This document shows positions 24,665 to 33,589 of a stretch of 64,000 bases of DNA, piece after piece. The stretch comes from Myxococcota bacterium. Its GTDB lineage: Bacteria; Myxococcota_A; Polyangia; Polyangiales; Polyangiaceae. The DNA is taken from the NCBI GenBank assembly GCA_039027095.1, contig JBCCLB010000015.1, positions 34,331-98,330 of the forward strand, in the 5' to 3' direction. The notes beneath the pieces are model-generated. The model had not been told where the DNA came from and searched no databases. It was given only the letters and a program-made list of their open reading frames with translations. The stretch's first letter is position 1. The number at the start of each line of letters is the position of its first letter. The translations under genes were made by a program, and so were the position numbers.

Positions 24665-26089
24665 ATGATCATCCGCACCGCATCCCCTCGAACCCGCCGC
24701 GGCATCGCCGTCGGCGCCGTCATCCTGTCGCTCGGCGGCCTCACCCTGTCCCGGGCCCCGGCGACCGCCGGCGCCGGTGACGACGCGGGGGAGGCCCGCA
24801 CCACCCCCGCGCACGGGGTGCGCTTCGCCGGCCCGGGGGCCAGCGGGAGTCTCGCGCTCAGCCACGGGCAGGTGTTGGCGTCCGGTCCCCAACGGGTCTT
24901 CGCCGAGCTTCGGATCGAAGCCGACGACGATGCTGCGGATGCGACGGCACGCGCGCCGCTCGCGATGGTGATCGCGCTCGACACGTCCGGGTCGATGTCG
25001 GGGGCGAAGCTCGCCGAGGCCCGCCGCTCAGTCGCCCGCCTCCTCGAGCGAATGAACGACGACGATGAAGTTGCGTTGGTCCGCTACGACACGCGCGCCT
25101 CGCTGGTCCAGCCGATGGCGCGGGTCGGAGACGTCCGACCCCGATTGATGCGTCAGGTGACGGAGCTGCGGTCCGATGGGGGCACCAACATCCCCGATGC
25201 GTTGGCCGTGGCCATGCGCGAGATGGAGTCGGCCGGTCCCGGCCGCGTGCGCCGCGTGGTGCTGGTGAGCGATGGCCTCGATGGCCACCGCGAGCAGTCC
25301 GAAGGTTTGGCCCGTCGCGGGCACGACGGGGGCGGGGTCACCGTGTCCTCGCTCGGTATCGGTCTCGACTTCGACGAGGGATACCTCAGCGGTCTCGCCC
25401 GGGCCGGTCGGGGCAACTTCGGGTTCGTGCAGAATCCGGCCACCCTCACCGCATTTCTCCGGCGTGAGCTCGACGAGACGGCCGGGACCCGCATCGAAGG
25501 TACGACCGCGCGGTTGAGGTTGCCGGCGGGGGTCTCGTTCGTGCGCGCCGTCGGGGCGACCTCTCGCCGCGACGACGACGAGGTGACGTTGAGGCTCGGG
25601 GCCATGCCCGCCGGTGCGGTCCGCCGCGTCGCGATCGAACTCCGCGTCGACGCCGCGCGCCGCGCCACGCTCGACATCGACACCGAGGTCCGCTGGCGAG
25701 AGACGGGCGGTCGCGTCTTCGAACAGGCGCTCTCGCCATTGACCCTCGAAGCCACCGACGATCGAGCTGCGATGCACGCGTCCCGTGACGGCGCCGTGTA
25801 CGCGAGTTGCGTCAGCGCCGTCGCGTCACTGCAGCAGTTGGAGGCCAACGAGGCGTACCGAGACGGTGATGCCTCGGGGGCGATGAAGATGCTGGAGGAG
25901 ACGCGCGCGATGCTCGCGGAAGCCGAGCGCGAGGCCCCCGAAGGCGCGGCGGGCCGGCTCGGGGCGCAGCGACGGCGCTACGAAGCGGCCGCGGACGACT
26001 TCAAAGGGGCGCCCAGTCCCGCTTCGCGCGCCGCCCAGAAAAAGCTGGCCGAAGACGACGCCGCCAACCTCTCTCGTCCCTCGTTCTGA
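24665..26089 (+). CDS. von Willebrand factor A (VWA) domain protein, secreted/anchored
   Basis: MIDAS motif VIALDTSGSMSG with downstream GGTNI and VLVSDG. N-terminal signal/anchor GIAVGAVILSLGGLTL. Confidence 0.85.
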   Translation: MIIRTASPRTRRGIAVGAVILSLGGLTLSRAPATAGAGDDAGEARTTPAHGVRFAGPGASGSLALSHGQVLASGPQRVFAELRIEADDDAADATARAPLAMVIALDTSGSMSGAKLAEARRSVARLLERMNDDDEVALVRYDTRASLVQPMARVGDVRPRLMRQVTELRSDGGTNIPDALAVAMREMESAGPGRVRRVVLVSDGLDGHREQSEGLARRGHDGGGVTVSSLGIGLDFDEGYLSGLARAGRGNFGFVQNPATLTAFLRRELDETAGTRIEGTTARLRLPAGVSFVRAVGATSRRDDDEVTLRLGAMPAGAVRRVAIELRVDAARRATLDIDTEVRWRETGGRVFEQALSPLTLEATDDRAAMHASRDGAVYASCVSAVASLQQLEANEAYRDGDASGAMKMLEETRAMLAEAEREAPEGAAGRLGAQRRRYEAAADDFKGAPSPASRAAQKKLAEDDAANLSRPSF

Positions 26090-26103
26090 ATCGGAGCCTC
26101 GTC

Positions 26104-26946
26104 ATGATGCGTCACCTCACCTTCTTCGTCGCCATCGTCTACCTCTTTGGGTTCGAGCCCACCTCGCGCGGGCTCGGCTTGCTTCCCGCCGTAGTGGCCC
26201 TCGTGTTGGCGGGCGTCGCGCTCGCGGTCGCGGTCAGCGGGATCCATGCGCTGTCTGTCGCCACCGGGGCCGCGGGCGCGCTCGCCTTCGGGCTCTTGGG
26301 CCCGTTCTCGGCCGGAGCGGCGGGGGCGGCGGTCGCCCTTGCCGCCTACGCCGAGCGAAGTGTCCGCGTGCGCGACCGTTCGGCGCGCGCCCTCCACGTG
26401 GTCCTGGCGGGGTGCGGAGGGGCGGCCGCGGGCGTGGTGGCGGCGACCTACGCGGGGGCCGGCCTCGTCGTGCAAGCGGTCGTCGTGGTCGTCGCGGCCG
26501 TGCTGATCGCCGCCCCTCGACTCATCGAGGCCGACGATCCGGTCGCCCACGGTCTCTCGGCGCTCGCCGACGCCCTCCCGGAGGATGTCGGAGCGCGCCT
26601 CCGCGATGGAGCCGAGCTACGACGCGCCGGGGGCGAGGAGACGCTCGACGTGGACGCGCGTCGGCACGCGGAGGAGACGTGGAAGGGATTGCTGGCCCTG
26701 GCGCAGTCCCGGGTCCGCCTCGAGCGGAAGCACCCGGCCACGGCCGAGCAGCGTGCCCACGGCGAGGCGCTCCGCCGCCGCCTCGACGAACGGATCGACG
26801 CCCACGTCACCGCCCTGGGCCGGATCTTCTACGCCGTCGACGAGGCGCGCGCCGCTGAGGTGAGCCTCGACGACACGGCGCTCCGCCGCGTCGAGTCGAA
26901 GGGGGCGTCGCTCGAGGAGGTGAGTCGCGCCATCATCGAGGTGTGA
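26104..26946 (+). CDS. membrane protein with C-terminal coiled-coil-like region, unknown function
   Basis: Four to five hydrophobic helices in the first ~170 aa, then a charged helical tail. Starts 14 nt after the VWA gene stop. Confidence 0.7.
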   Translation: MMRHLTFFVAIVYLFGFEPTSRGLGLLPAVVALVLAGVALAVAVSGIHALSVATGAAGALAFGLLGPFSAGAAGAAVALAAYAERSVRVRDRSARALHVVLAGCGGAAAGVVAATYAGAGLVVQAVVVVVAAVLIAAPRLIEADDPVAHGLSALADALPEDVGARLRDGAELRRAGGEETLDVDARRHAEETWKGLLALAQSRVRLERKHPATAEQRAHGEALRRRLDERIDAHVTALGRIFYAVDEARAAEVSLDDTALRRVESKGASLEEVSRAIIEV

Positions 26947-27010
26947 TGACCCGGGGACCGCGGCGCGTGTTTTTTTGCCGCCCCGGGTTGGCTAGGGTCT
27001 CTCGTGGGGC

Positions 27011-29953
27011 GTGATGAGGTCCGAGTCATCGGGGAAAGAGGCGCTGCGCTCCGAGGCGGCGCCGTGGTCTTTGCGAGGCGACGAGGACCCGTCTCCGGTG
27101 ACCCGCCGGTCCGGCGCTCCGACCGGGGGGGGCGCGCCGAGTCACGACGCCGCCTACGGGGAGACGCTCGCGGCAGAGAGCATCGTACGCCCCAACCTCG
27201 CCGCCTTCACCGCCGCCGTCCCGGCCGAAGAGGGCCTCACCCGGGGTGACGCCGGGCGTTACGAGATCCAGGGCGAGCTCGGCGAAGGGGGGATCGGGCG
27301 GGTCTACGTGGCGCGCGACCTCCACCTCGGGCGGAGGGTCGCGCTCAAGGAACTCCTCCACGAGGTGCGGGCGTCGATGCGACCCACGGTCGACGGCCAA
27401 CGCACCCCCGTCGAGTTGCGCTTCGTCAATGAGGCGCGGATCACCGGACAGCTCGAGCATCCCGGCATCGTCCCCGTCTACGAGTTGGGGCGACGCGACG
27501 ACGACACCGTGTATTACACGATGCGCCTCGTGCGGGGGCGAACCCTCGAGGAAGCCCTGACCACGGCCGAGCTGAGCGATCGCCTCGCGCTGCTGCCGCA
27601 CGTCGCCGACCTCTGCAACACGATGGCGTACGCCCACAGCCGGGGCGTCATCCACCGGGATCTCAAGCCCGAGAACGTGATGCTCGGGGACTTCGGGGAG
27701 ACGGTGGTGCTCGATTGGGGCCTCGCCAAAGTCAAAGGCGAGACCGACGTTCAAGGCGATGCGCTCGAAGACGAACTCCAGCGGTTGATGACCGCCTCGG
27801 TCATTCAAACGGTGGCCGGCGTGCCGATCGGTACGCCCGCGTACATGTCGCCCGAGCAGGCGCGGGGCCACGCCGACGAGATCGACGAACGAAGCGACGT
27901 CTACGCGCTCGGCGTCATTCTCTACCAAATCATCACCGGCGTGATCCCTTTCGATGGCGACAACGCCAAGGAGGTCATCGATCGCGTGTGCGACGAGCAC
28001 CCGGTCGACGTGATGGAGCGAGCCCCCAACTGCCCGCCGGAGCTGGCGGCGATCACGGCGCGGGCCATGGCCAAAGATCCGCGCGACCGATACCCCGATG
28101 CCCGTGCGCTGGCGGGAGACCTGAGCGCTCACCTCTCGGGCGGGGTGGTGCGGGCGCACCGCTATTCTCCCGCTGCGCGTTTGGCGCGTCTGTGGCGTCG
28201 CCGTCGCCGGACCATTCTCGCCGCGGCGCTCGTGCTCGCGGGGACGCTGTTCGCGTGGTGGTACCGCGGGGTAGCGGAGTCGCGACGCCAAGAGGCGGAG
28301 GCGCGACGCATCCGGGAGACGGCGGTGGCCGATGTGGACCGCATCATTGCCGACGTCGCGGCCGGCGACACCGAAGAACGATGGCTCGAGGTCCTGACCT
28401 TCAAGATCCTCAGCCTGCGCGATCCCAACTCCGCCCCGGCGATCGAGGATCACCTGATCGCAGCCGTCGCGCATCCCTCGCCCGACGTACGACGCCTCTC
28501 GGCGCGCACGTTGGCGGCGGTGAAATCGACCAAGGCCATCGATGCCCTCGTGTACCGTCTGGGGCCGGAGGTCGAGACGGTTCCGGAGGTCTTGGTCGAA
28601 GTGATCAACGCCCTCGGCGTGATCGGCGACCCGCGGGCGGAGGCGGCGGTACGCGAAGCGCGCGTCCGGGCCGGACAGTACGGATATTTGTGGACCCAGA
28701 CGGAGCTCTCCTACCGGATGATCCCCCTGCCGGAGGTGCCCGCCGGTCGGACCCTGACTGCGGCCGAATGGCGGACCCGCGGGACCGCGCTGTGGTGGAA
28801 GGGTGATGTCGACCAGGCGCTCGCCGCGCTCGACCGGGCCGTTGCGCTCGACCCCAACGACCGCGACGCCTTCATCAACCGCGCGGTCGTACGCCGTCGC
28901 GCCGGCGACTTCGTAGGGGCGCTCGCCGATTACGACCGGCTGCTTCAGCTGGCCCCCGACAACACGCTGGCCCTAAACAATCGCGCCATTCTCAAGCGAG
29001 CGATGGAGGATTATCGCGGCGCGCTCGAGGATGCCGACCGCGTGGTGGCGCAAGGAACGCTGGGGGCCCGCGCGTTGAGGACGCGGGCCCTGATCAAGCG
29101 CTTCGCGGGCGACCTCGCCGGGGCCCAAGAAGACTTGATGGCGGCGCTCGAGATCGATCCCGACGATGCCCGCACGTACGCGAACATCGGGTTGATGCAC
29201 ATCTGGGCGGGCAATTGGGACGAAGCCCAGGTGTCGCTCGACGGCGCGATCCGCATCAACGACGGCTATACCTACGCGTACACGCTGCGCGCCCGGGTGC
29301 GGTGGATGTTGGGGCGGGTCGCGGAAGCACAGTCCGACATCGAGCGCGTGCTCTCGCTCGACCCTGAAGACAATCGAGCGCGGCGGCTTCGCGCCCGGAT
29401 CCTGATGGTCGAAGGGGAGGACGCGGGGGCGAAGCGCGACCTCGACTACTGTCTGGAACGCCCCTGCATCAGCGACCAGCGTCGCCGTCCCCTGCGGCAC
29501 GCGCAACGCGGGGTCGTCTACTACGCCGAGCTCCGTCGTTACGCCGAGGCGGTGCAAGAGCTGGAGATGGCCCTCGCCGGGGAACCGCGCGACGTCGACG
29601 CGTTCGAGTACCGGTTGGCCGCTTTCGCCGTGAGTCGGCGCCAGGGGGACGCGGTGGCGGAGCAGAGGTGGCTGGAGGAGTTGACGCAGATGCCTCGGGG
29701 ACGCCGCCTGAGGTGGTACCAGCGCATCGTCGACATGCTGCGAGGCGACGTGCAGCCCGAATCCTTGGCGGTGATGATCCGCGCCCCCGAGCAGCGGTGC
29801 GCGCTCTTTCTCGCCTCCGGGCTTCGGGCCGAACGCGCCGGCCGCCCGGACCAAGCGCGCCGGTCCTACGCGGAGACGCGCGACCTCGGTGCCCCGGACG
29901 AGATCGCGTGCGTCCTCGCCGACCAGGCCCTGCGCGCCCTCGACGGGGCCTGA
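27011..29953 (+). CDS. Ser/Thr protein kinase with TM segment, HEAT-like and multiple TPR repeats
   Basis: Kinase motifs GEGGIGRVYVA, ALKEL, HRDLKPENVML, DWG (DFG variant) and TPAYMSPEQ. TM segment ILAAALVLAGTLFAWWY. HEAT-like HPSPDVRRLSARTLAAV. Repeated TPR signatures (ALDPND, LAPDN, IDPDD, LDPED). Confidence 0.9.
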   Translation: MMRSESSGKEALRSEAAPWSLRGDEDPSPVTRRSGAPTGGGAPSHDAAYGETLAAESIVRPNLAAFTAAVPAEEGLTRGDAGRYEIQGELGEGGIGRVYVARDLHLGRRVALKELLHEVRASMRPTVDGQRTPVELRFVNEARITGQLEHPGIVPVYELGRRDDDTVYYTMRLVRGRTLEEALTTAELSDRLALLPHVADLCNTMAYAHSRGVIHRDLKPENVMLGDFGETVVLDWGLAKVKGETDVQGDALEDELQRLMTASVIQTVAGVPIGTPAYMSPEQARGHADEIDERSDVYALGVILYQIITGVIPFDGDNAKEVIDRVCDEHPVDVMERAPNCPPELAAITARAMAKDPRDRYPDARALAGDLSAHLSGGVVRAHRYSPAARLARLWRRRRRTILAAALVLAGTLFAWWYRGVAESRRQEAEARRIRETAVADVDRIIADVAAGDTEERWLEVLTFKILSLRDPNSAPAIEDHLIAAVAHPSPDVRRLSARTLAAVKSTKAIDALVYRLGPEVETVPEVLVEVINALGVIGDPRAEAAVREARVRAGQYGYLWTQTELSYRMIPLPEVPAGRTLTAAEWRTRGTALWWKGDVDQALAALDRAVALDPNDRDAFINRAVVRRRAGDFVGALADYDRLLQLAPDNTLALNNRAILKRAMEDYRGALEDADRVVAQGTLGARALRTRALIKRFAGDLAGAQEDLMAALEIDPDDARTYANIGLMHIWAGNWDEAQVSLDGAIRINDGYTYAYTLRARVRWMLGRVAEAQSDIERVLSLDPEDNRARRLRARILMVEGEDAGAKRDLDYCLERPCISDQRRRPLRHAQRGVVYYAELRRYAEAVQELEMALAGEPRDVDAFEYRLAAFAVSRRQGDAVAEQRWLEELTQMPRGRRLRWYQRIVDMLRGDVQPESLAVMIRAPEQRCALFLASGLRAERAGRPDQARRSYAETRDLGAPDEIACVLADQALRALDGA

Positions 29954-30081
29954 GGGATCCGTCGTCCAGGGGGCGCGCCGGCCCCCACCACGGCGCGTCC
30001 TCCATCAACCTCGGTAGTGTCTAAGGCACTGAAAATAGGCGTTTCTACATGTATCCTAGTGTCGGAAAACGTGTGATGCAC

Positions 30082-30097
30082 TGGCACTTTTGTTGCA
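30082..30097 (+). promoter_or_regulatory. sigma-54 (RpoN) -24/-12 promoter
   Basis: TGGCAC-TTTTG-TTGCA has GG at 30083-30084 and GC at 30095-30096. This is the exact consensus spacing of TGGCAC-N5-TTGC. It lies in the only visibly AT-rich intergenic stretch, about 140 nt upstream of ATG 30239. Confidence 0.65.
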
Positions 30098-30238
30098 GAT
30101 TGTACGGTCGCGTGCAGAATCGAAAGCCGGGGGGCCTCGTGGATTTCAAGGGTGAAATCTACTGAAGCGATCAGTCTCGCTAAAGGTCGGAAAATTCAAT
30201 GCCGCACTGCGGCATGTATTCTGCGGAAAGGGTTCCCC

Positions 30239-30514
30239 ATGATTCAGTCGGACACCGACGTCCTCGTCGAGAATAGCCAACGCTTCCTCTATCGCGGTGG
30301 TCATTGGACGACCGAGCACGGCATGCGGGTCTCCCACGCCGAGAGTCAGCGCATGACCATGCGGTTCTACGAGCTGAACGGACGCTCGCCTCGACTCGAG
30401 CCGGTCCCGGTCAAGCGTACCGTCGCGGCACGGAAGACGAAGAGCGACGCCAAGGCGCAGGCCCTTCGCGCGGCCATCGCGAAGGCGACCGCCAACAAGC
30501 GCACCAAGCGCTGA
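30239..30514 (+). CDS. small basic protein (91 aa), unknown function
   Basis: Sequence MIQSDTDVLVENSQRFLYRGGHWTTEHGMRVSHAESQRMTMRFYELNGRSPRLEPVPVKRTVAARKTKSDAKAQALRAAIAKATANKRTKR. GGAAAGGG lies 7-14 nt upstream of the ATG. The track ORF starts at GTG 30152 but that part is AT-rich and non-coding-like. Confidence 0.6.
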   Translation: MIQSDTDVLVENSQRFLYRGGHWTTEHGMRVSHAESQRMTMRFYELNGRSPRLEPVPVKRTVAARKTKSDAKAQALRAAIAKATANKRTKR

Positions 30515-30528
30515 CATCGTAGGTGGCT

Positions 30529-30561
30529 CCCGCCGTCGGGGTGTCCGACCCAGACGGCGGG
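30529..30561. terminator. GC-rich hairpin between convergent genes (possible bidirectional terminator)
   Basis: 9-bp stem cccgccgtc/gacggcggg with a 15-nt loop, 15 nt after stop 30514. An alternative pairing is gccgtcgggg/ccccgacggc. There is no U-tract. Confidence 0.25.
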
Positions 30562-30591
30562 TCTGACCCCGACGGCATGCGGCGGCCGCCT

Positions 30592-31605
30592 TCAGGAGTC
30601 ATGACGCGAGAGCCGCCGCAGCGCCGACCACGGAAAGGGGTCCCACATCGGGGTGGCGGTGGGCTGACGCGGATCGAGGCGAAACCAGATCCGTTCCGGC
30701 GCGGCGCGGAGCACATGAAAGTCTTGGGCGGGCATGAAGCCCTGGCCCAGGAGGGCGAACCGCTCACCCGTCTCGTCGTGCTCCGCGAGGTCGAGCACCA
30801 CCACCACGTGGCCCGGTCCGCCCGGGAGGATGAAGAAGTCGCCCCCCCGCACGTCGGCGGCGAGGACCGCTTCGGCTTCGCGGGCGAGGGAAATCGTCCC
30901 CGCGTAGCTGAAGAGGTCTCGCAAGTACGCGTTAAAGCTATCTCGGGAGTCGTCCGCGCGACGTCGGAAGACGCGAACGTCGCGCGGACCAACGACGCGG
31001 GGGCGCCAGCCGTCGCGCCAGCGAGGCCACGCGCTCGTCCAGCCGTTGGTGTACGTGAATCGGATCGCCTCGTCGTCGCCCCTAACCCGCAGGTACTCGG
31101 CCCGGAGACGGAGGACGGTGTCGGCGCACTGCTGAAGGTCCTCTCCGATCAGATCGAGGTCGACCACCGCACCCAACCGGGGGTCATCGGCGTCGAGGAT
31201 GACCCGTCCATCGTAAGCCCGGACCGCCGTTCCCGGAGCTCGGAGCGGCAAATGCCGTAACCAGTGCGCGTAGCTCGAGGCGGCGAGGGCGCGTCGGACG
31301 GTGTGTTTCGGCGCCGGGAACCGCGCCGCGAGCGACGTGTGGCTGGGACGGTGACGCGCCCAGGGATACGCGACATCGGGGTCGGGCGCGTCGTCTAAGG
31401 TCGGACGCGGTGTCGTTGCGACGCCGGCGGGAAGGGCGGCGGGCGCGGGGACGGAGGGAAATGAGCGGGCCGCGGGCACGGCCGGCGGGGGGGTGGGGTT
31501 CGGCGCCGGTCGCGGTACGGGCGGCGGCGCCGGGGTGGCCTGATGTGCCTCGCAGCCCCACAACGTAGAGAGGGCGAGGGCGGCGCCACCCACGACGACG
31601 CCCAT
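30592..31605 (-). CDS. DUF4846-family lipoprotein
   Basis: N-terminus MGVVVGGAALALSTLWGCEAH (lipobox). The C-terminal GDFFILPGGPGHVVVVLDLAEHDETGERFALLGQGFMPAQDFHVL...WDPFPWSALRRL matches my recollection of DUF4846. Track ORF trimmed from 32520. Confidence 0.75.
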   Translation of the reverse strand: MGVVVGGAALALSTLWGCEAHQATPAPPPVPRPAPNPTPPPAVPAARSFPSVPAPAALPAGVATTPRPTLDDAPDPDVAYPWARHRPSHTSLAARFPAPKHTVRRALAASSYAHWLRHLPLRAPGTAVRAYDGRVILDADDPRLGAVVDLDLIGEDLQQCADTVLRLRAEYLRVRGDDEAIRFTYTNGWTSAWPRWRDGWRPRVVGPRDVRVFRRRADDSRDSFNAYLRDLFSYAGTISLAREAEAVLAADVRGGDFFILPGGPGHVVVVLDLAEHDETGERFALLGQGFMPAQDFHVLRAAPERIWFRLDPRQPTATPMWDPFPWSALRRLSRHDS

Positions 31606-31700
31606 CGCTCGCGCGACATCGAACGTCACGGGGGAAGCGTGCGACGACCACGGAACTGCCGCAACATCACGCTCCGCCGGGGCATGCTTGCGCCGCCTGA

Positions 31701-32435
31701 TCACTCCAACGTGACCACCCGTTCGGCCGTTTGGTACGTCGTCGCGATGGTCCCCCCCGCTTCGGGGGCGGCGGGGACCGGGGTCCGGCGCCAGCGACGC
31801 AAGGTGGTGACGGCGGGGGCGGCGCCCACGTTGGATAGACCTTCGGCATCGAGCACCACCGAAGTCGCATCGGGGGTCCGATTCCAAAAGCTCGCGAAGT
31901 CGAAGCGGTTCGCCGACCGGGCCACGACGACTTCGACCGCATCGTCGGGGCCGAGCGCGGGGCCATCCCAAGTGAGCGCGTAGGCGGCGTCGTTCGGCAA
32001 CGTCGCGGGAAAATCGGTCGGGAACTCCGTGTCGACGATGGCGGGGAGCGGATTCACGTAGGTGGCGCCATCGACATCCACGTACTGGAAGTCTCCGCCG
32101 GTGACGCGACCGGCCCGCGCGGTCTCGTGCCAGTCGAGCGTCTCGTTGAACCCCATCACGACCCCGTCGAACGACACCTCGGCGCCGTCTTCGAGCACGA
32201 GGGTGGTGCCGGTAGGGCTTCCGATTCGAAACTGGGCGCGCAGAAAGGTCTGGTCGGACGCTGCGTCGTAAAGCGCCCAGTACGAGGTGAAGATCCGTTC
32301 TTGGGCGACGTCGGACGACGACTCCGAGCGGCACCCCGTGTCGTCGGCGCCCGCGAGAAGCGGAGCGCACAGCACGAGGAGCACCGAAGTGGCGAGGCGA
32401 CGAGGCAAGCGATGCGATGAAGCTGAAGCAGTCAT
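31701..32435 (-). CDS. secreted hypothetical protein
   Basis: Signal peptide RRLATSVLLVLCAPLLAGADD. Ordinary composition with G/C third positions. Confidence 0.7.
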   Translation of the reverse strand: MTASASSHRLPRRLATSVLLVLCAPLLAGADDTGCRSESSSDVAQERIFTSYWALYDAASDQTFLRAQFRIGSPTGTTLVLEDGAEVSFDGVVMGFNETLDWHETARAGRVTGGDFQYVDVDGATYVNPLPAIVDTEFPTDFPATLPNDAAYALTWDGPALGPDDAVEVVVARSANRFDFASFWNRTPDATSVVLDAEGLSNVGAAPAVTTLRRWRRTPVPAAPEAGGTIATTYQTAERVVTLE

Positions 32436-32682
32436 GTCGCCTCGTTTTGCAATTGGGCGACCAACCTACCAGCGGGTAGATTCGTCGCTCGGTTCGACCC
32501 TCGCGCTCCCCTGTGGCCAAACGTTCACGGTTGGTCCGACGAGCGGATCAGGAATCCCGTCGCACACGCCGTCGAAAAGCTGCCGGGCGATGCCGACGGG
32601 AGGGAAGGTTCGGGGTCGGGAAACGTACGTCGCTGCAACCCCGATGAAGTGTTGGGGACCCCTTACCACTTCGGAGCCAGAC

Positions 32683-33507
32683 ATGAAGCACGCCCACCGC
32701 ATCAAGATCCTCTCTTCCTTTGCCCTCGCCATGCTCGGAGCCGCCGCGACCGGCTGTTCGACCGAGATGGGCGACGGCGACTACGAGGTCTTCCGCATCG
32801 CCTTCGACTCGGAGCGGGTCGATGCGGGTTGTTACGTGAACGGCGAGATCCCCGACTCCATTCGCGAAGACTCGACCACCCTCAAGAGCGCGGGGACGGT
32901 GATCATGTATCTGACGGGCCCCGACGAGGTGTACCTCGACACGGGTTCCATGGTGCTCGCCGGTGAGCCGGACGGAGAACTCGCCTACGAGTTCGAAGGA
33001 GAGGTCGTCGACGTCGACATCCCCGCCGGCAGCACGATGATCGACGCCGACCGCGACGGCATCGATGACTTCGAGGACCCGTCGATCGATTCCGACCAGG
33101 ATGGCCTCGACGATGATGAATTCGACGGCTTCGGCGACCGGGTCGACCCCTTCGTCGACGTGGATGGCGATGGTTTGGACGACCGGGACCAGGACGACAT
33201 CGTCGACGCTGACAACGATGGCATCGACGACAGCATCGTCGAGATCCCCGCGACCTATCGCTTTCGTACGGTCCGCGACTACAAGATCGAGCTCTTCATC
33301 GACGGCGATGTGGTCACGGGAGAGACGCGGGTCGCGTACCGCAACGTCTGTGAGGGAACCGAGTGCCCGGTCTCGTTCGAGGCGACCACCTGCTCGGTCG
33401 ACAACACGTTCTCCGGCGTCCGCATCGAAGACGCGCAGGTCGACGTCGCCCTGGGCGCCAACCCCGGTGAGGCTCCGGCCCCGGGCGCATCGGCCGCCGA
33501 GGATTGA
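32683..33507 (+). CDS. lipoprotein with thrombospondin type-3-like Asp-rich calcium-binding repeats
   Basis: N-terminus MKHAHRIKILSSFALAMLGAAATGCSTE (lipobox). Repeated DxDxDGxxD motifs (DADRDGIDD, DSDQDGLDD, DVDGDGLDD, DADNDGIDD). Confidence 0.8.
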   Translation: MKHAHRIKILSSFALAMLGAAATGCSTEMGDGDYEVFRIAFDSERVDAGCYVNGEIPDSIREDSTTLKSAGTVIMYLTGPDEVYLDTGSMVLAGEPDGELAYEFEGEVVDVDIPAGSTMIDADRDGIDDFEDPSIDSDQDGLDDDEFDGFGDRVDPFVDVDGDGLDDRDQDDIVDADNDGIDDSIVEIPATYRFRTVRDYKIELFIDGDVVTGETRVAYRNVCEGTECPVSFEATTCSVDNTFSGVRIEDAQVDVALGANPGEAPAPGASAAED

Positions 33508-33589
33508 TGGTCCGAGGGGGGAGGGGCGGCTCCTCGGTACCGTGATGCAATCGTGATAGTTCCCTCGGGCGGAGCGCCGTCTGAGGAAC

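Noticed and set aside
29969-29986. GC hairpin gggggc-gcgccg-gccccc after the kinase stop, as an intrinsic terminator
   Set aside because: It has only a 6-bp stem and no U-tract. It is too weak to call.
30152-30238. GTG 30152 start giving a 120-aa version of the small basic protein
   Set aside because: This stretch is AT-rich with a non-biased third position and contains the leader hairpin. ATG 30239 has a better-placed purine-rich SD.
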